64,000 nt of DNA, taken from the NCBI GenBank assembly GCA_000146465.1, contig CP001944.1; one strand, written 5' to 3'. How positions within the stretch are numbered: position 1 is the first letter of the stretch; every line of letters starts with the position of its first letter. The translations under genes were made by a program, and so were the position numbers. The notes beneath the pieces are model-generated. The model had not been told where the DNA came from, ran no database searches, and saw only the letters and a program-made list of their open reading frames with translations. Below, piece after piece: positions 41,737-52,111 of this stretch.

Positions 41737-43611
41737 TTAAAGATACAGAAAAATCAGGAAGGCCGGGCCCCCGATTAGAGTTAATAGAAACAGGATATCC
41801 ATTCCGTCCTTGCCATCGCATATTCCCTCTAATGCACATACACACCATTTTGGAGGCATCTCAGACCGGTTCTGCGGCCCTGCCTCTGTAATTTCCCGAA
41901 TAGATTCAACTACGGAGTCCTTGTCAGCACTCAACCAAAACAGAAAGGCTCTTTCGTTAACATAAATATCCACCATGTCTTTTCGCTCCGAAAACTCTAA
42001 CAGACCTGTAATGTTTTCCAAGAGCCTGCTCATCATCTTTATGTAGCTAAAAAACATACCTTTCTCAACCTTTCTTTTCGTCAAGTGATCGAAGTCGTCA
42101 TACACAAATAATATCTTGTTAAATAAGTTTGAGAACACAGACATCTTTGCATTAACTCTTGTGTCCATCATGGATTTGACGTACAGCCTTAAAATCTCTG
42201 CGATATATTCACTCTCTTTCAAGATAGCCCCTAGCTGGCTTTCAAGACCATTAGCCTTGGATACTACTTCAAGCCTTGTAACTCCTCCAATGTGCGTTGA
42301 CGTGAAGCTACATCCTTTGATAGACCCTGACTTGCAGCTTCTATCAAGCATTTGTCCATTGAGAAGGAACGGAACACTTGATAGAGTCACTACTATAAGG
42401 CCCACAGACACAATAGGCTTTAGAATGGAAGTGATGGCTTCAAGCCTTGCCAGGGCTGCAAGAAATAAAACCAGGCAGAGAACCATCTGGACTCCAAGAA
42501 AAAACATTATTTTGTTTTCGTATCGGATTACTGGACGTATGTCTCCGCCACCAGTGTTTTCGCTGTCTTGATAATTCCTTGCTAGCGTCGAAAGGTAGTT
42601 TAGAATCTCCTGGCTGGCCCTAGCATTTGGAAGATTAGAAAAATATTTCTTGATTTCCATCCTTAGCTCGTTTAAAGATATATTCAAATACCTTGTAGAA
42701 GCATTGAATTCAACCATTTCATCTTCAATTTTCTCTGCTTCCTTCATAAATAACTTAAACACGTTAGTAAACTCCTCTAGGATTCTCTCTACTTGTATTT
42801 CAATGTTCCTTAGATTCAAGACATGCCTCTTCAAATTTTCATCATTTTCTGCCTTGAACTGGAAAATTTTCATAAGATTCCCAAGAAAGACTTTTCTCTT
42901 TTCGCCATTTCCGGCATTTCTATTAATTGTTGACTGTCCTTGAGCCTTGAACACCATGGAAACCTGGTGGCCTCCCCCGGAAACACCTTCCGAGTAAGTC
43001 CTTTCTTTTACCGAAGATTTTTTTTCTACAGGAATGCTAGGACTTTTCCTCTCCAGAGTCGCAAGAGTGGTTTTTTTTCTGATATCTCGTCCCTTAGTGC
43101 TAGGATTTTCCTCTTTCTGTCTTTCTTCTTCTGTCCCAAGATTTTTATACAAAGCCAGATGAGATGCTGTAGATTCCTTTTCAGAGTGTCCCGTAAGGCT
43201 TATGTGAGAGAGAAGATTAGAAAGATGGCTCCTTTCAAAGGAATCCCTGAACTTAACTCGCCAAGGATTTCCCCATGCACTCCAGAACCATGTACTGGAA
43301 TTTGAGTTGGGCAGGGATTTACCAAGCATTCTATTAGCCTCTATGACCTTTTGCAGATTGTACGAGCAGAATATAAGGAGAAACCCAATGGTGTATAAAA
43401 GAACATTACCTCCATCTCTAGAGCTCCTGAAGAATATCAAAGCAAGGCCAAAGCACGTTATCAACAGTAGGAGAAACAGGTATATATCAAACCTTAAATT
43501 TGTTTTTGTCTCTTGAATGAACAACCGGAATGGGGATTGCTGAGGCGGCCTTAGCAAGGGTTCTTTAAGTATAAGAAGCCTTAGCCTAGATGCTAGAAAC
43601 ATTTCTCCCAT
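41737..43611 (-). CDS. Hypothetical membrane protein with a long coiled-coil region (624 aa)
   Basis: N-terminal TM helices, a central charged/coiled-coil segment and several C-terminal TM helices; no family recognised. Confidence 0.4.
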   Translation of the reverse strand: MGEMFLASRLRLLILKEPLLRPPQQSPFRLFIQETKTNLRFDIYLFLLLLITCFGLALIFFRSSRDGGNVLLYTIGFLLIFCSYNLQKVIEANRMLGKSLPNSNSSTWFWSAWGNPWRVKFRDSFERSHLSNLLSHISLTGHSEKESTASHLALYKNLGTEEERQKEENPSTKGRDIRKKTTLATLERKSPSIPVEKKSSVKERTYSEGVSGGGHQVSMVFKAQGQSTINRNAGNGEKRKVFLGNLMKIFQFKAENDENLKRHVLNLRNIEIQVERILEEFTNVFKLFMKEAEKIEDEMVEFNASTRYLNISLNELRMEIKKYFSNLPNARASQEILNYLSTLARNYQDSENTGGGDIRPVIRYENKIMFFLGVQMVLCLVLFLAALARLEAITSILKPIVSVGLIVVTLSSVPFLLNGQMLDRSCKSGSIKGCSFTSTHIGGVTRLEVVSKANGLESQLGAILKESEYIAEILRLYVKSMMDTRVNAKMSVFSNLFNKILFVYDDFDHLTKRKVEKGMFFSYIKMMSRLLENITGLLEFSERKDMVDIYVNERAFLFWLSADKDSVVESIREITEAGPQNRSEMPPKWCVCALEGICDGKDGMDILFLLTLIGGPAFLIFLYL

Positions 43612-43727
43612 CAGAACACATAGTTTTATCCTTCTCCTGAAGCACCTGTTTCATGAATCCGGTTGTATCATATCCCATCTAAGTCTTTCCAATTTTTAAG
43701 AATAAAAGAAAGGAAAACAAGAGGGGT

Positions 43728-44333
43728 ATGGACTCCGAATGTAAATACCTATTCAAGATAATCTTGATTGGGAATAGTGGAGTTGGAAAAACCTGCCTCA
43801 TGAAGAGATACACGGACGAGACATATAGCTTTACTCAATCCAGCACAATAGGTGTTGATTTCAAAATAAAGTCTCTTGAGGTTGAGGGGGAGAGAGTGAA
43901 GCTTCAGATATGGGATACGGCAGGACAGGAAAGATTCAGAGCAATTATATCCAATTATTATCGAGGAGCACATGGGATTATAATAGTGTTTGATATGGGA
44001 AGTAAGGAGTCGTTTAATAATCTCGGAGATTGGCTAAGTGAGGTTAGAAAGAATACAAATGAAAATGTTGAGATAATTATTCTGGGAAATAAGGTCGATG
44101 ATAAGGAAAAAATTGTGATTACTGAAGAAGAAATAGAAAGGTTTCTGGGGGAAAACAACATTGAAAAGTCGTCGTTTTATATGACAAGTGCAAAGGATAA
44201 CATTTGTGTCAACGATAGCTTTGAATATCTAACGAGAAAACTTATTGATAAATACAAGAAAATAGGTTTTGGCACTGGAAAGGAGTCTTTCAAGCTTAAT
44301 GTAGGAGATCCAAAAAAAACTTGTTGCCTGTGA
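43728..44333 (+). CDS. Rab-family small GTPase
   Basis: 'LFKIILIGNSGVGKTCL', 'TIGVDF', 'WDTAGQERFRAI', 'GNKVD' and a C-terminal 'CCL' prenylation site. Confidence 0.85.
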   Translation: MDSECKYLFKIILIGNSGVGKTCLMKRYTDETYSFTQSSTIGVDFKIKSLEVEGERVKLQIWDTAGQERFRAIISNYYRGAHGIIIVFDMGSKESFNNLGDWLSEVRKNTNENVEIIILGNKVDDKEKIVITEEEIERFLGENNIEKSSFYMTSAKDNICVNDSFEYLTRKLIDKYKKIGFGTGKESFKLNVGDPKKTCCL

Positions 44334-44354
44334 TTTAATTGATTAAAGCTCTTT

Positions 44355-45737
44355 TCAATTCACATTCCTCGAAGTTTTTATTCTTCTTAGATAATTGATG
44401 ATCTCCTCAGGTTCTGACGTTCTATTAAGGAGTTGATATACAACACTTTCCTCAATGTAGAATCCTGTATCGGACTTTGGGATTCCTAGAGTTTCAGCCA
44501 GACACCTTGTATCTATGATAGGCTTGACGAGATAGCACTCTCCAATTTCTTGTTGTATAATGCTGTACACAACTCTTAGTCCATCCTCATACTTTTCATG
44601 ATTGTCTTCAATGTATTCAATTGCAGAATATATCACTAACGATTCATACCATGTCTCCCCCATAAATCTCACTATCCTAATTAAGTCTTCATCTCCTATC
44701 TTCTTCATATCATATCCAGACAGAAAAACAAGACTCTCCTCGATCTTGTTTATCGTTTTGACAAATCTCCTAGAAGATGGAAGTGAAATCTTCATGATAT
44801 AAGCATTTGAGAACAGCAGACTTTTCCCATTTGGAACAGTCGATCTGCTAAAGAAGCATAACACAGTGTATAGATTTAAAATCTCCCTTCTGTATGTCCT
44901 TCCCCACAAATTTGTGATCTTTTCTACAGTCTCGCAAAACATTAGACCTTTTTCGTAAGGTGTCTCCCTTTCCACAGGTGGCTTAAACACAGGACTTACA
45001 TATCCTCTTCTAACTATCTCCAGGAGCCCGTACTGCCCTCTTGGATAGTGGAGAATTTTAAATATCTCTATGTGAATTCTTTCGTTGGAAACCTTCTTTC
45101 CAAGCGCTCTTTTGATTCTCTCGTCCATCAACGCCTCTTCGATCTTCCCGTCGATTTTGAATCCAAGCTTAGAATGAAATCTGAAGATTCTCACAAGCCT
45201 TAGAGGGTCATCAAAGAGGGTTGTCCTTGGATCTAGAGGTGTTATTAGAAGCTTGTTCTTTATGTCATCAATACCCCTCCCGGTGTAGTCTTCAACTTCC
45301 TTGGTAAACAGATTGTAGAATAGCGAGTTTATGGTTAGGTCTCTACGGAAAGCATCTTCCTGAGGAGTTCCCGGATTCACATTGGGAATCCTCGTTTCAG
45401 AATATGTTTCGTTCCTTAGATTTACAAAGTCAACACAGAATCCATTTATCCTTACAACTGCTGTTTCAAGATGCTTGGACTTTTCAGGGTTGTCCTTTAT
45501 CACATGGACTTCTGTGAGTTTCTGGCCTGTCGAGGATTTCATTAGTCCTGCTGCAAACTTGTATCCGCTAATATTTTCCAACGCTATATCCATGTCGAAG
45601 CTGGGATGGCCCATTATCTTATCTCTAACCCATCCTCCTGCAACTCTTGGAGTTACATTTCCAAACTCTTTGGCATGACTTCTTATTAGGTTGAAGATAT
45701 CCTCCTCGGCTTCTGTGCAATTTATCTGGACGCCCAT
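44355..45737 (-). CDS. CCA1: CCA tRNA nucleotidyltransferase
   Basis: 'PRVAGGWVRDKIMGHPSFDMDIALE' is the class II nucleotidyltransferase head motif; 'RDLTINSLFYNL'. Confidence 0.85.
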   Translation of the reverse strand: MGVQINCTEAEEDIFNLIRSHAKEFGNVTPRVAGGWVRDKIMGHPSFDMDIALENISGYKFAAGLMKSSTGQKLTEVHVIKDNPEKSKHLETAVVRINGFCVDFVNLRNETYSETRIPNVNPGTPQEDAFRRDLTINSLFYNLFTKEVEDYTGRGIDDIKNKLLITPLDPRTTLFDDPLRLVRIFRFHSKLGFKIDGKIEEALMDERIKRALGKKVSNERIHIEIFKILHYPRGQYGLLEIVRRGYVSPVFKPPVERETPYEKGLMFCETVEKITNLWGRTYRREILNLYTVLCFFSRSTVPNGKSLLFSNAYIMKISLPSSRRFVKTINKIEESLVFLSGYDMKKIGDEDLIRIVRFMGETWYESLVIYSAIEYIEDNHEKYEDGLRVVYSIIQQEIGECYLVKPIIDTRCLAETLGIPKSDTGFYIEESVVYQLLNRTSEPEEIINYLRRIKTSRNVN

Positions 45738-45819
45738 GAGGGACCAAACAAAACACCTTAAATACAGATCGACCTCGCTTCGAGAGAAACAAAGATCAAA
45801 AAGTCATGAGAGCCAACCA

Positions 45820-46728
45820 CTACAATCCAAGCCCCAATCTTCCTTCTTGGGACTCTTCAAACTTAATAAAGAAGAGAATTAGAAAGTAGATACTTAGGTG
45901 GAATAGCGTATCTTCGGCCCTCCAAATCCGCTCGAGTCCCGTAAAGCTCCTTAAGATGATAAAATAGATATAGTTTGATATCTTGGTTGTATTATATGCA
46001 ACTATCCCAAACCTCTGTATATAGTATGCGCTCAAGACCCTGAGTAGAAGAGAGGTGATCAAAAGAAGAATTGATTTGGAGGTGTTTTTTTCTATAAACA
46101 CATGGATATCATTGTATCTCAATCCAGAGTCGACCAATATAATAAACGAATATATCCAGATGTAAAATGAGCTTGCCAGGAGAAACTTTGGTAGTCCGCT
46201 TCGATTTGTCATACAAACCGTCATGAAGTCTGAAGAAACACTAAAGATTACATAAAGTGACAGGTAAATGATTCCAAAGAGAACGTCGAAGAATCCGTCA
46301 TTGCTATATTGAACAGATTTATACACATTCATTAGAACTACCAGAACAAAACTGAAATTCCTTAAGATATTCTCCTTAGCTGTTCTTGACAGCATGAACA
46401 TAAGCAGCACAGATAATGGATAGCATAGGCCCCTTGCAGCCATTGCTGTTTTCAAAGACGTCATTCCTGCGCCTCGATACCAAGAAGAATACTCTCCAAA
46501 TGCAAATAGTCCGAGCGGAAGATATTCTGGTTGTATTTGGACGGCTTCTTTGAAAGTGGTGTTTTTAATTGCAAACGGAACGGACATCATTAAAACAATG
46601 AGAGACGACAGAAAATTTTCTATGGTAAGTATCACCATAAAATGGGCCTCCAGATGGTCTGAGGATAAATATAGCTGGAGAGCCCCCAAGAGAGACAGAA
46701 TCTCTCCGATGTAGAGTTTCTTTTTCAT
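45820..46728 (-). CDS. Multi-pass membrane protein, possibly SLC35/TPT-like transporter
   Basis: 302 aa with about 8-10 hydrophobic helices. The size and topology resemble nucleotide-sugar/triose-phosphate transporters, but no diagnostic motif is confirmed. 'ccctttgccaaATG'. Confidence 0.35.
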   Translation of the reverse strand: MKKKLYIGEILSLLGALQLYLSSDHLEAHFMVILTIENFLSSLIVLMMSVPFAIKNTTFKEAVQIQPEYLPLGLFAFGEYSSWYRGAGMTSLKTAMAARGLCYPLSVLLMFMLSRTAKENILRNFSFVLVVLMNVYKSVQYSNDGFFDVLFGIIYLSLYVIFSVSSDFMTVCMTNRSGLPKFLLASSFYIWIYSFIILVDSGLRYNDIHVFIEKNTSKSILLLITSLLLRVLSAYYIQRFGIVAYNTTKISNYIYFIILRSFTGLERIWRAEDTLFHLSIYFLILFFIKFEESQEGRLGLGL

Positions 46729-47149
46729 TTGGCAAAGGGGTGAAGTTTGAATTTATGGATGAAGAAAAGGGGTGTTCTCCCGGATAGAGGAAAAACTTGT
46801 AGAGAGATAAGATATTGTTCCTAGGCAGAGAAGTGTCTAGGCATCACAATACATAGATGTTAATAACATCCTCGAAAAAAAGATTTTCAGGTGACACCGC
46901 GGAATACCTAAAAAGGAGATTTTATTGTGTATACGCCACAATAGAAAATAAATTGGATCAATTCTATATTAATCTGATAAAAAAGGGTATATTTAAAATA
47001 AATAGGGTATAAGTTTCATGGATTGTTTTAAGGAAAATCTTTAGAACGGATCTAACTATGTTATTTGTCGACCCAATTTTATCAATCAAATTCGAAACAA
47101 CAAACCTCCCTTCGATTTGGTTATAAAAGACTCAAAAATTTACCCCAAA

Positions 47150-47584
47150 ATGGCTAGAACAAAACAATCCGCTAGGAAAACAACAGGAGGAAAAGCCCCA
47201 CGCAAGCAGCTGTCTGCCAAGTCCGCCCGTAAGGCTGTGGCCCCCGCCTCAGGTGGTGGGGCCAAGAAGTCCAGGTACAGACCTGGATCTGTGGCCTTGA
47301 AGGAAATCAGGAGATACCAGAAGAGTACAGACTTCTTGATCCGAAGACTTCCTTTCCAGAGGGCTTGCCGTTCTGTGGTTAAGGAGTGTAGTAATACTAC
47401 AGACATAAGATTCCAGGGCCCGGCTCTTGGCTCAATTCAAGAGGCCTTGGAGGCCTATCTTGTTAGTTTGTTTGAAGATGCTATGCTCTGTGCATGCCAT
47501 GCAAAGAGAGTCACTGTATTTCCAAAAGACATAAGCCTTGTTCTGAAACTCAGAAGCAGACACGTCAAATCCATCAGTGATTAA
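47150..47584 (+). CDS. Histone H3 (divergent)
   Basis: Canonical tail '[28 protein letters not shown]' and '[30 protein letters not shown]'. A 2-aa insertion in loop 1 ('[13 protein letters not shown]') and a longer C-terminus. The ATG at 47150 is preceded by 'accccaaa'. Confidence 0.85.
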   Translation: MARTKQSARKTTGGKAPRKQLSAKSARKAVAPASGGGAKKSRYRPGSVALKEIRRYQKSTDFLIRRLPFQRACRSVVKECSNTTDIRFQGPALGSIQEALEAYLVSLFEDAMLCACHAKRVTVFPKDISLVLKLRSRHVKSISD

Positions 47585-47686
47585 AATCTTCACTTTAGTT
47601 CTCAGGTTTCTAGAGGATACCTTCTGTCTATACCGAGTTTATTAGAATATCTCATTGTTCCCTACCCTTAGCTCCTGATTTTTTCC

Positions 47687-48172
47687 ATGTACATTAAGGT
47701 TAGTGGTATCAACAAGATGATCAATAGATATGACTTGAATAAGGTATTTACATTTACCAGGCCTATATACAAAACAATAGAGCATTCTCCAGATGTTCGG
47801 TTCTACTTCTATAGTACTCTGCATGAGATTGCAATGGCAGAGAAACTCAATAAAAGAAGTTTAATTGAGTGCTTGGAGGTGAGCTTTATCAAAAACCCAC
47901 TAAAGGAGAAGTCCTGTTTATCAATTTCCTCCTCCAGATCTTCCTGTTGCTTATACACTGTATGCGACAGAGATGTTTCTATAGATATGATTGAAAGGCT
48001 TTTCGGACTACCTGCCCGATGCTACTTTAGATGGGGAGAGTTCAAGGAGATATACATAATTGAGTTTAAAGAAGCTGTGGAGATAAAGAAGGCAGACTTT
48101 ACAAAATATGTATTTGCTTTCGAGGACTATATAGACTATGTAATAGAGAACGGCCTTTTCGACCAGGAGTGA
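47687..48172 (+). CDS. Hypothetical protein (161 aa)
   Basis: Complete ORF; no motif recognised. Confidence 0.3.
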   Translation: MYIKVSGINKMINRYDLNKVFTFTRPIYKTIEHSPDVRFYFYSTLHEIAMAEKLNKRSLIECLEVSFIKNPLKEKSCLSISSSRSSCCLYTVCDRDVSIDMIERLFGLPARCYFRWGEFKEIYIIEFKEAVEIKKADFTKYVFAFEDYIDYVIENGLFDQE

Positions 48173-48225
48173 GGAAATAGGAATTTCTCAAAAGGGGGAG
48201 GAATATCTCCCTGACAAAAGTAAGA

Positions 48226-48537
48226 ATGGAGAACCAATGCCATATCTTTCCTTTTTTTATTCCTGAGGTTTCCAAAGTGAAGGTAGAGTATTTTGACCTG
48301 AATGAAGATACAGGTACTATAAGAGGGATTTTTTGTGTTAAGAAAAAGTTAGAAATGGACATTGACGTGTTTATTTGCAACAAAATAGTTACGGATCCTT
48401 TCTTTTTTTGGGAACCAGCCTGCTCGGGGTCCGTATTTGAAAAAGGTCTAGAGCTTGTGAGGAGAGGCCTAGGATTTCCCAAAGAGGATAGAAAAGGGCC
48501 CACCCTCGAGAAAATGATCACAAAGGTGAAAAAGTAA
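48226..48537 (+). CDS. Hypothetical protein (103 aa)
   Basis: Complete ORF; no motif recognised. Confidence 0.3.
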   Translation: MENQCHIFPFFIPEVSKVKVEYFDLNEDTGTIRGIFCVKKKLEMDIDVFICNKIVTDPFFFWEPACSGSVFEKGLELVRRGLGFPKEDRKGPTLEKMITKVKK

Positions 48538-48620
48538 ACACCCAATCCGTAGAGCATTCTTGTTTTTTATCTTCAATTTACAAGAAATATGTTGCAGCAA
48601 AATTTTTACCCCATCGAGTA

Positions 48621-49214
48621 ATGCATTTTACATCTGCCATGAAGCGTGTCAGGCTTCCATCGTCTGCCGTTGCCGTCCGGAAGGAACCTAGATCCAAAAA
48701 CATCTACCTCCGTGCTCTTTCAGACTTCTATACCAAGGTGGCCGATAATACATCTGTCCTGGCAATCAAGAAGATCTCTAAGAGATTGAAGATGTCGAAG
48801 TCAGACAGACGGCCGGTCAAAATTTCGAAAATCGTTAGCGAGATAGGAGAATCCAAAGATAAGGTTGCTGTCATTGTTGCAAAAGTCCTTGATGATGATA
48901 GGATTATGGAGATTCCTCCCCTTAAGATTATTGCTCTCCAATGGTCAAAAGGAGTGAAGGAGAAGATTGAAAGATATGGAGGAAGCATAGGAACTCTTGA
49001 CCAGCTTTTTGAAGTTTGTCCAAACATGGATGATATACATCTTATTTCCTCCTCCAAGTTTGCTAGAAGGTCTGCTAAGTTCTGGGGTCCTGCTCCGGGA
49101 GAAAAGGGATCTACTACTTATCCAAGGGCAAACCAGAAGTGCCATAACCGTGAGAAGCGTGTCATGATGAAGGGAAGAAAGGCGCCGCAATCCAAAAGGA
49201 CAAGTGAAGAATAA
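48621..49214 (+). CDS. RPL18: 60S ribosomal protein L18 (eL18)
   Basis: 'NIYLRALSDFYTKVADNTSVLAIKK...VAVIVAKVLDDDRIMEIPPLKIIALQWSKGVKEKIERYGGSIGTLDQL...FWGPAPG' is collinear with eL18. 'accccatcgagtaATG'. Confidence 0.6.
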   Translation: MHFTSAMKRVRLPSSAVAVRKEPRSKNIYLRALSDFYTKVADNTSVLAIKKISKRLKMSKSDRRPVKISKIVSEIGESKDKVAVIVAKVLDDDRIMEIPPLKIIALQWSKGVKEKIERYGGSIGTLDQLFEVCPNMDDIHLISSSKFARRSAKFWGPAPGEKGSTTYPRANQKCHNREKRVMMKGRKAPQSKRTSEE

Positions 49215-49254
49215 AATGGTCTAAGTTTTACTAATATATCTCTGTTGGGAAGAT

Positions 49255-49596
49255 CTATTTGTCTGGAGCTGGCAATCTCAAAAAATCTTCTATCTCTATA
49301 AAGCATGAACAAAATTCGCATTCCACCCTGGAATTCTCTTCATTGAGTACTTTGTATTTTCCTCCACACCTGCACACAATAGACCCGATGTCGTCTCTGT
49401 TACAAACAAAATAAGGAACCTCCTCATATTCTTCTCCTCTTTCATATTTCTCGTAAGATTCTCTTAACTTTATATACTCGTTTATATCTCCCTTGCTTCT
49501 GTCTGGATGTATCAGGAGTAATCTCTTCAAATACTTCATTCGGACTTCTTCTTTTGAAGCTCCTTTCTTAACACCCAGCAAACTGAAAATAGACAT
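49255..49596 (-). CDS. DPH4: Diphthamide biosynthesis protein 4 (DnaJ domain plus CSL-type zinc finger)
   Basis: J-domain 'KEEVRMKYLKRLLLIHPDR' followed by a CSL finger 'IVCRCGGKYKV...VECEFCSCFIEI'. Confidence 0.7.
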   Translation of the reverse strand: MSIFSLLGVKKGASKEEVRMKYLKRLLLIHPDRSKGDINEYIKLRESYEKYERGEEYEEVPYFVCNRDDIGSIVCRCGGKYKVLNEENSRVECEFCSCFIEIEDFLRLPAPDK

Positions 49597-49778
49597 TAAG
49601 GGATACAGAGTTTGTTAAATAACGTAAAGACCCGGGGGTTGGTAAATTCAAGAGACACAGCAAAGACCTAGGAAATTCTAAAACGGCTACACCAGTGTTT
49701 TATAGATGGCCAATGGTCGAAGCCGAAAATGAAACATTGTTTTAGAAACTTCTTAAAAACAGATGGTAAGGTTACATC

Positions 49779-50177
49779 ATGCTTATTCTCTCACTGTTAA
49801 TGAGCGTTGGTGCATACTATCTACCGCCTACAAGGCATGCATTCATAATCTCTGCTAGAACACTGCCACCATATCGCCTAGATTCATTCCCATTTACACA
49901 GGTGGGGCCCTACAAGACATCTGGAGATCCCATCATATTTGCAAGACCATCTAGAGTTGATAAAGAGACATCTACGGAAGGGAACGAGAAAAGTGTGTCT
50001 GGAGAGAAGAAGGAAGAGTCTAAGAAAGGCCTTTCTAATATTATATTTGGAAGCACTGTGTGCAGATTCTTCTTCTACACGGCGATGGCAGTTATAATAT
50101 TCTTCATAGGGTATCAAACGAGAAAAAGCCACGAGGGAGGGTCCTACGTAAGACTTCCTACAACATCAAATAACTAA
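49779..50177 (+). CDS. Hypothetical small membrane protein
   Basis: N-terminal signal/TM segment and a C-terminal TM helix 'FFFYTAMAVIIFFIGY'. Confidence 0.3.
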   Translation: MLILSLLMSVGAYYLPPTRHAFIISARTLPPYRLDSFPFTQVGPYKTSGDPIIFARPSRVDKETSTEGNEKSVSGEKKEESKKGLSNIIFGSTVCRFFFYTAMAVIIFFIGYQTRKSHEGGSYVRLPTTSNN

Positions 50178-50304
50178 TAAAAAGCCTAAGAAATCGTTTT
50201 TGTATTGTGTAAATACGATGTGGGATTTAGTAGAAGAAACAAGAGACACTTTTACAAAGCTTAATTTGGTTCCATCCTTTAATGTAAGACTCTACTACAT
50301 CCTT

Positions 50305-50667
50305 TTAGTTGATGTTGTTTTTTCTGTTCAACTCTTCTGTCTCTTCCTTTGTCAAGAACCTACCTGAGGGAGCTCTCAGCCTTTTCATAGCATGTTTATG
50401 TCTACTTTCATGCAAATAGTTTCTCTTGTTTGTTATCATAAGTGTATCTAGGATGTCTCTTCTTGACTTTCTTTTCTTAATCCAGTTGAGCTGCTTGGCA
50501 TTGACATAAAGAGGCTGAAAAGGTTGATCGCTGAACGGAAAAGAATAGTCATAAGCACCGTAGTTGCTTTTATCTGGATATCCTACATCTCTTAGTTGCT
50601 CGTCTTCAAAGCTGATGTCACCGTATCGGGTGTTTGGGCCCTGGTCCATAATGTCTCTGTGCTGCAT
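50305..50667 (-). CDS. HAP2: CCAAT-binding factor subunit NF-YA/Hap2
   Basis: 'QPLYVNAKQLNWIKKRKSRRDIL...RNYLHESRHKHAMKRLRAPSGRFL' is the canonical NF-YA subunit-interaction and DNA-binding core. Confidence 0.85.
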   Translation of the reverse strand: MQHRDIMDQGPNTRYGDISFEDEQLRDVGYPDKSNYGAYDYSFPFSDQPFQPLYVNAKQLNWIKKRKSRRDILDTLMITNKRNYLHESRHKHAMKRLRAPSGRFLTKEETEELNRKNNIN

Positions 50668-50855
50668 ACAACATCTATTCCGTCAAAACTTTTGTAAATC
50701 TTCCTCCTGACTTGTTTCAGGATGTTTGTTTCTTCCACCAATTGCATGGTGAGTTGGGATCGTTCGAGATGGCATCTCTACTCATCAACAATATATGCAA
50801 AGCTCAAAATAACTTTGGGATTTCTAGTCCAGTAAGGTTTGTAATAAGGTTCGTC

Positions 50856-51965
50856 TTATCTAATCTTTATTTCATCATCCCTCTCCCCATCCAACTCCCA
50901 AAAGTTTATGTTAGAATCAGAAGATCCAGATACAAAGTACTTTTCATCGTCGGAACAGGAAAAGTGGATCACTCTGTTCTTATGCCCCAAGAAGTATCTT
51001 TCTACCTTGAAAGAGGACATCTGTGACAGTCTGATGTCATCTTTTGAGTATCCGTGTGTACTCAGGATCTTGTTGGACTTCAACCATCTTAGATTACAAA
51101 TTTGAGAGCCATAGTCTACAGATCTTATCAAACACGAGCTTGATCTACTCGAGTTTACGAGATTCATGTCCCATAGCTTGATTGTTTTGTCTGCAGTTCC
51201 TCCACCAGACACCAACAGGTTTGGGGAAAGAGGGGACCAACTTATGGCCTTCACTGCGGCCTTGTGGCTGGAACATTGTTTAAGAGGATGGGATAAGTTC
51301 CTGTAATCATAAATATAAAGTCTATTGTCGTTCCCGCCGGATGCAAGAAACCTAAGGTCCTTGCTTATGCTTAATCCACAGACCTCCTGACGATGGTGTA
51401 GAATGGTTGCCACAGCCTTCTCCGAGCGAAGATCTGTTATCTTTATTTTTCTATCTCTGCTTCCAGTTATAATGTTTGCATTTTCCGACTCGATTACACC
51501 TATTCTTGATCTGTGGAATGAATACCTGGTTATCTTTAGAGAGGCTATATCAACATTCAACATGACACCGATAGAAGTCCCAAGGGCAACAGTGCTAGTG
51601 GTTGGGTTATATTTCACAGATGTTATTCCAAGACTGCTAAGATTACAAATCTGCAATGTCTTCGAGGAAAAGAAGTTGTGAACAAACAAACAGTTGTCTG
51701 CAGTGAAAAATACATTTTCTCCTGACCAGTCAATTAGACTGCTATAGAAGTCGTCGGGAAGGGATTTAACCTTCAATTGTCTATATGGCTGAATGATTAT
51801 TCTTGGCCCAAGGTTTTGGCTTCCAACAGTACTTAAATACGGAATTTCGCCCATGGAACAGGCAAACCTTGCCTCATACATTTCCTCTTTAGTTCCAAGA
51901 TCATAGAAGTTTCTTTGTGCATATCTGGAAGTAGTTTCCTTTTTGTTTATTAGGAATCTGTCCAT
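50856..51965 (-). CDS. CDC20: APC/C activator Cdc20/Cdh1 (Fizzy family WD40)
   Basis: 'LPDDFYSSLIDWS', 'SGGNDNRLYIYD', 'HKAAVKAISWSP...LLVSGGGTADKTIKLWD', 'THGYSKDDIRL' and 'GHKNRVIHFSCSDDEKYFVSGSSDSNINFWE' follow the Cdc20 blade pattern. Confidence 0.8.
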   Translation of the reverse strand: MDRFLINKKETTSRYAQRNFYDLGTKEEMYEARFACSMGEIPYLSTVGSQNLGPRIIIQPYRQLKVKSLPDDFYSSLIDWSGENVFFTADNCLFVHNFFSSKTLQICNLSSLGITSVKYNPTTSTVALGTSIGVMLNVDIASLKITRYSFHRSRIGVIESENANIITGSRDRKIKITDLRSEKAVATILHHRQEVCGLSISKDLRFLASGGNDNRLYIYDYRNLSHPLKQCSSHKAAVKAISWSPLSPNLLVSGGGTADKTIKLWDMNLVNSSRSSSCLIRSVDYGSQICNLRWLKSNKILSTHGYSKDDIRLSQMSSFKVERYFLGHKNRVIHFSCSDDEKYFVSGSSDSNINFWELDGERDDEIKIR

Positions 51966-52111
51966 CTATGTTTGTTTATGAAGACTTCCTCTCTCAGATA
52001 ATTTTTGGTGTGTTATTTGATCAAATAGAAATCAAGATGCTTTAGCATAATGAAAGAGATAATTTATCAAGTCCAGTAGTTTCAAACACAGAATCTAATA
52101 GAAGCTCCAGA

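Noticed and set aside
45820-46728. Membrane protein as the TPT (triose-phosphate transporter) marker of a zygomycete/microsporidian sex-related locus.
   Set aside because: No adjacent HMG-domain gene or RNA helicase; the neighbours are CCA1 and histone H3. The transporter assignment itself is weak.
47150-47584. Possibility that the divergent H3 is a centromeric CenH3.
   Set aside because: The N-terminal tail is fully canonical (ARTKQSARK...KAPRKQL...), whereas CenH3s have unrelated tails. It is retained only as a divergent H3 with a loop-1 insertion.
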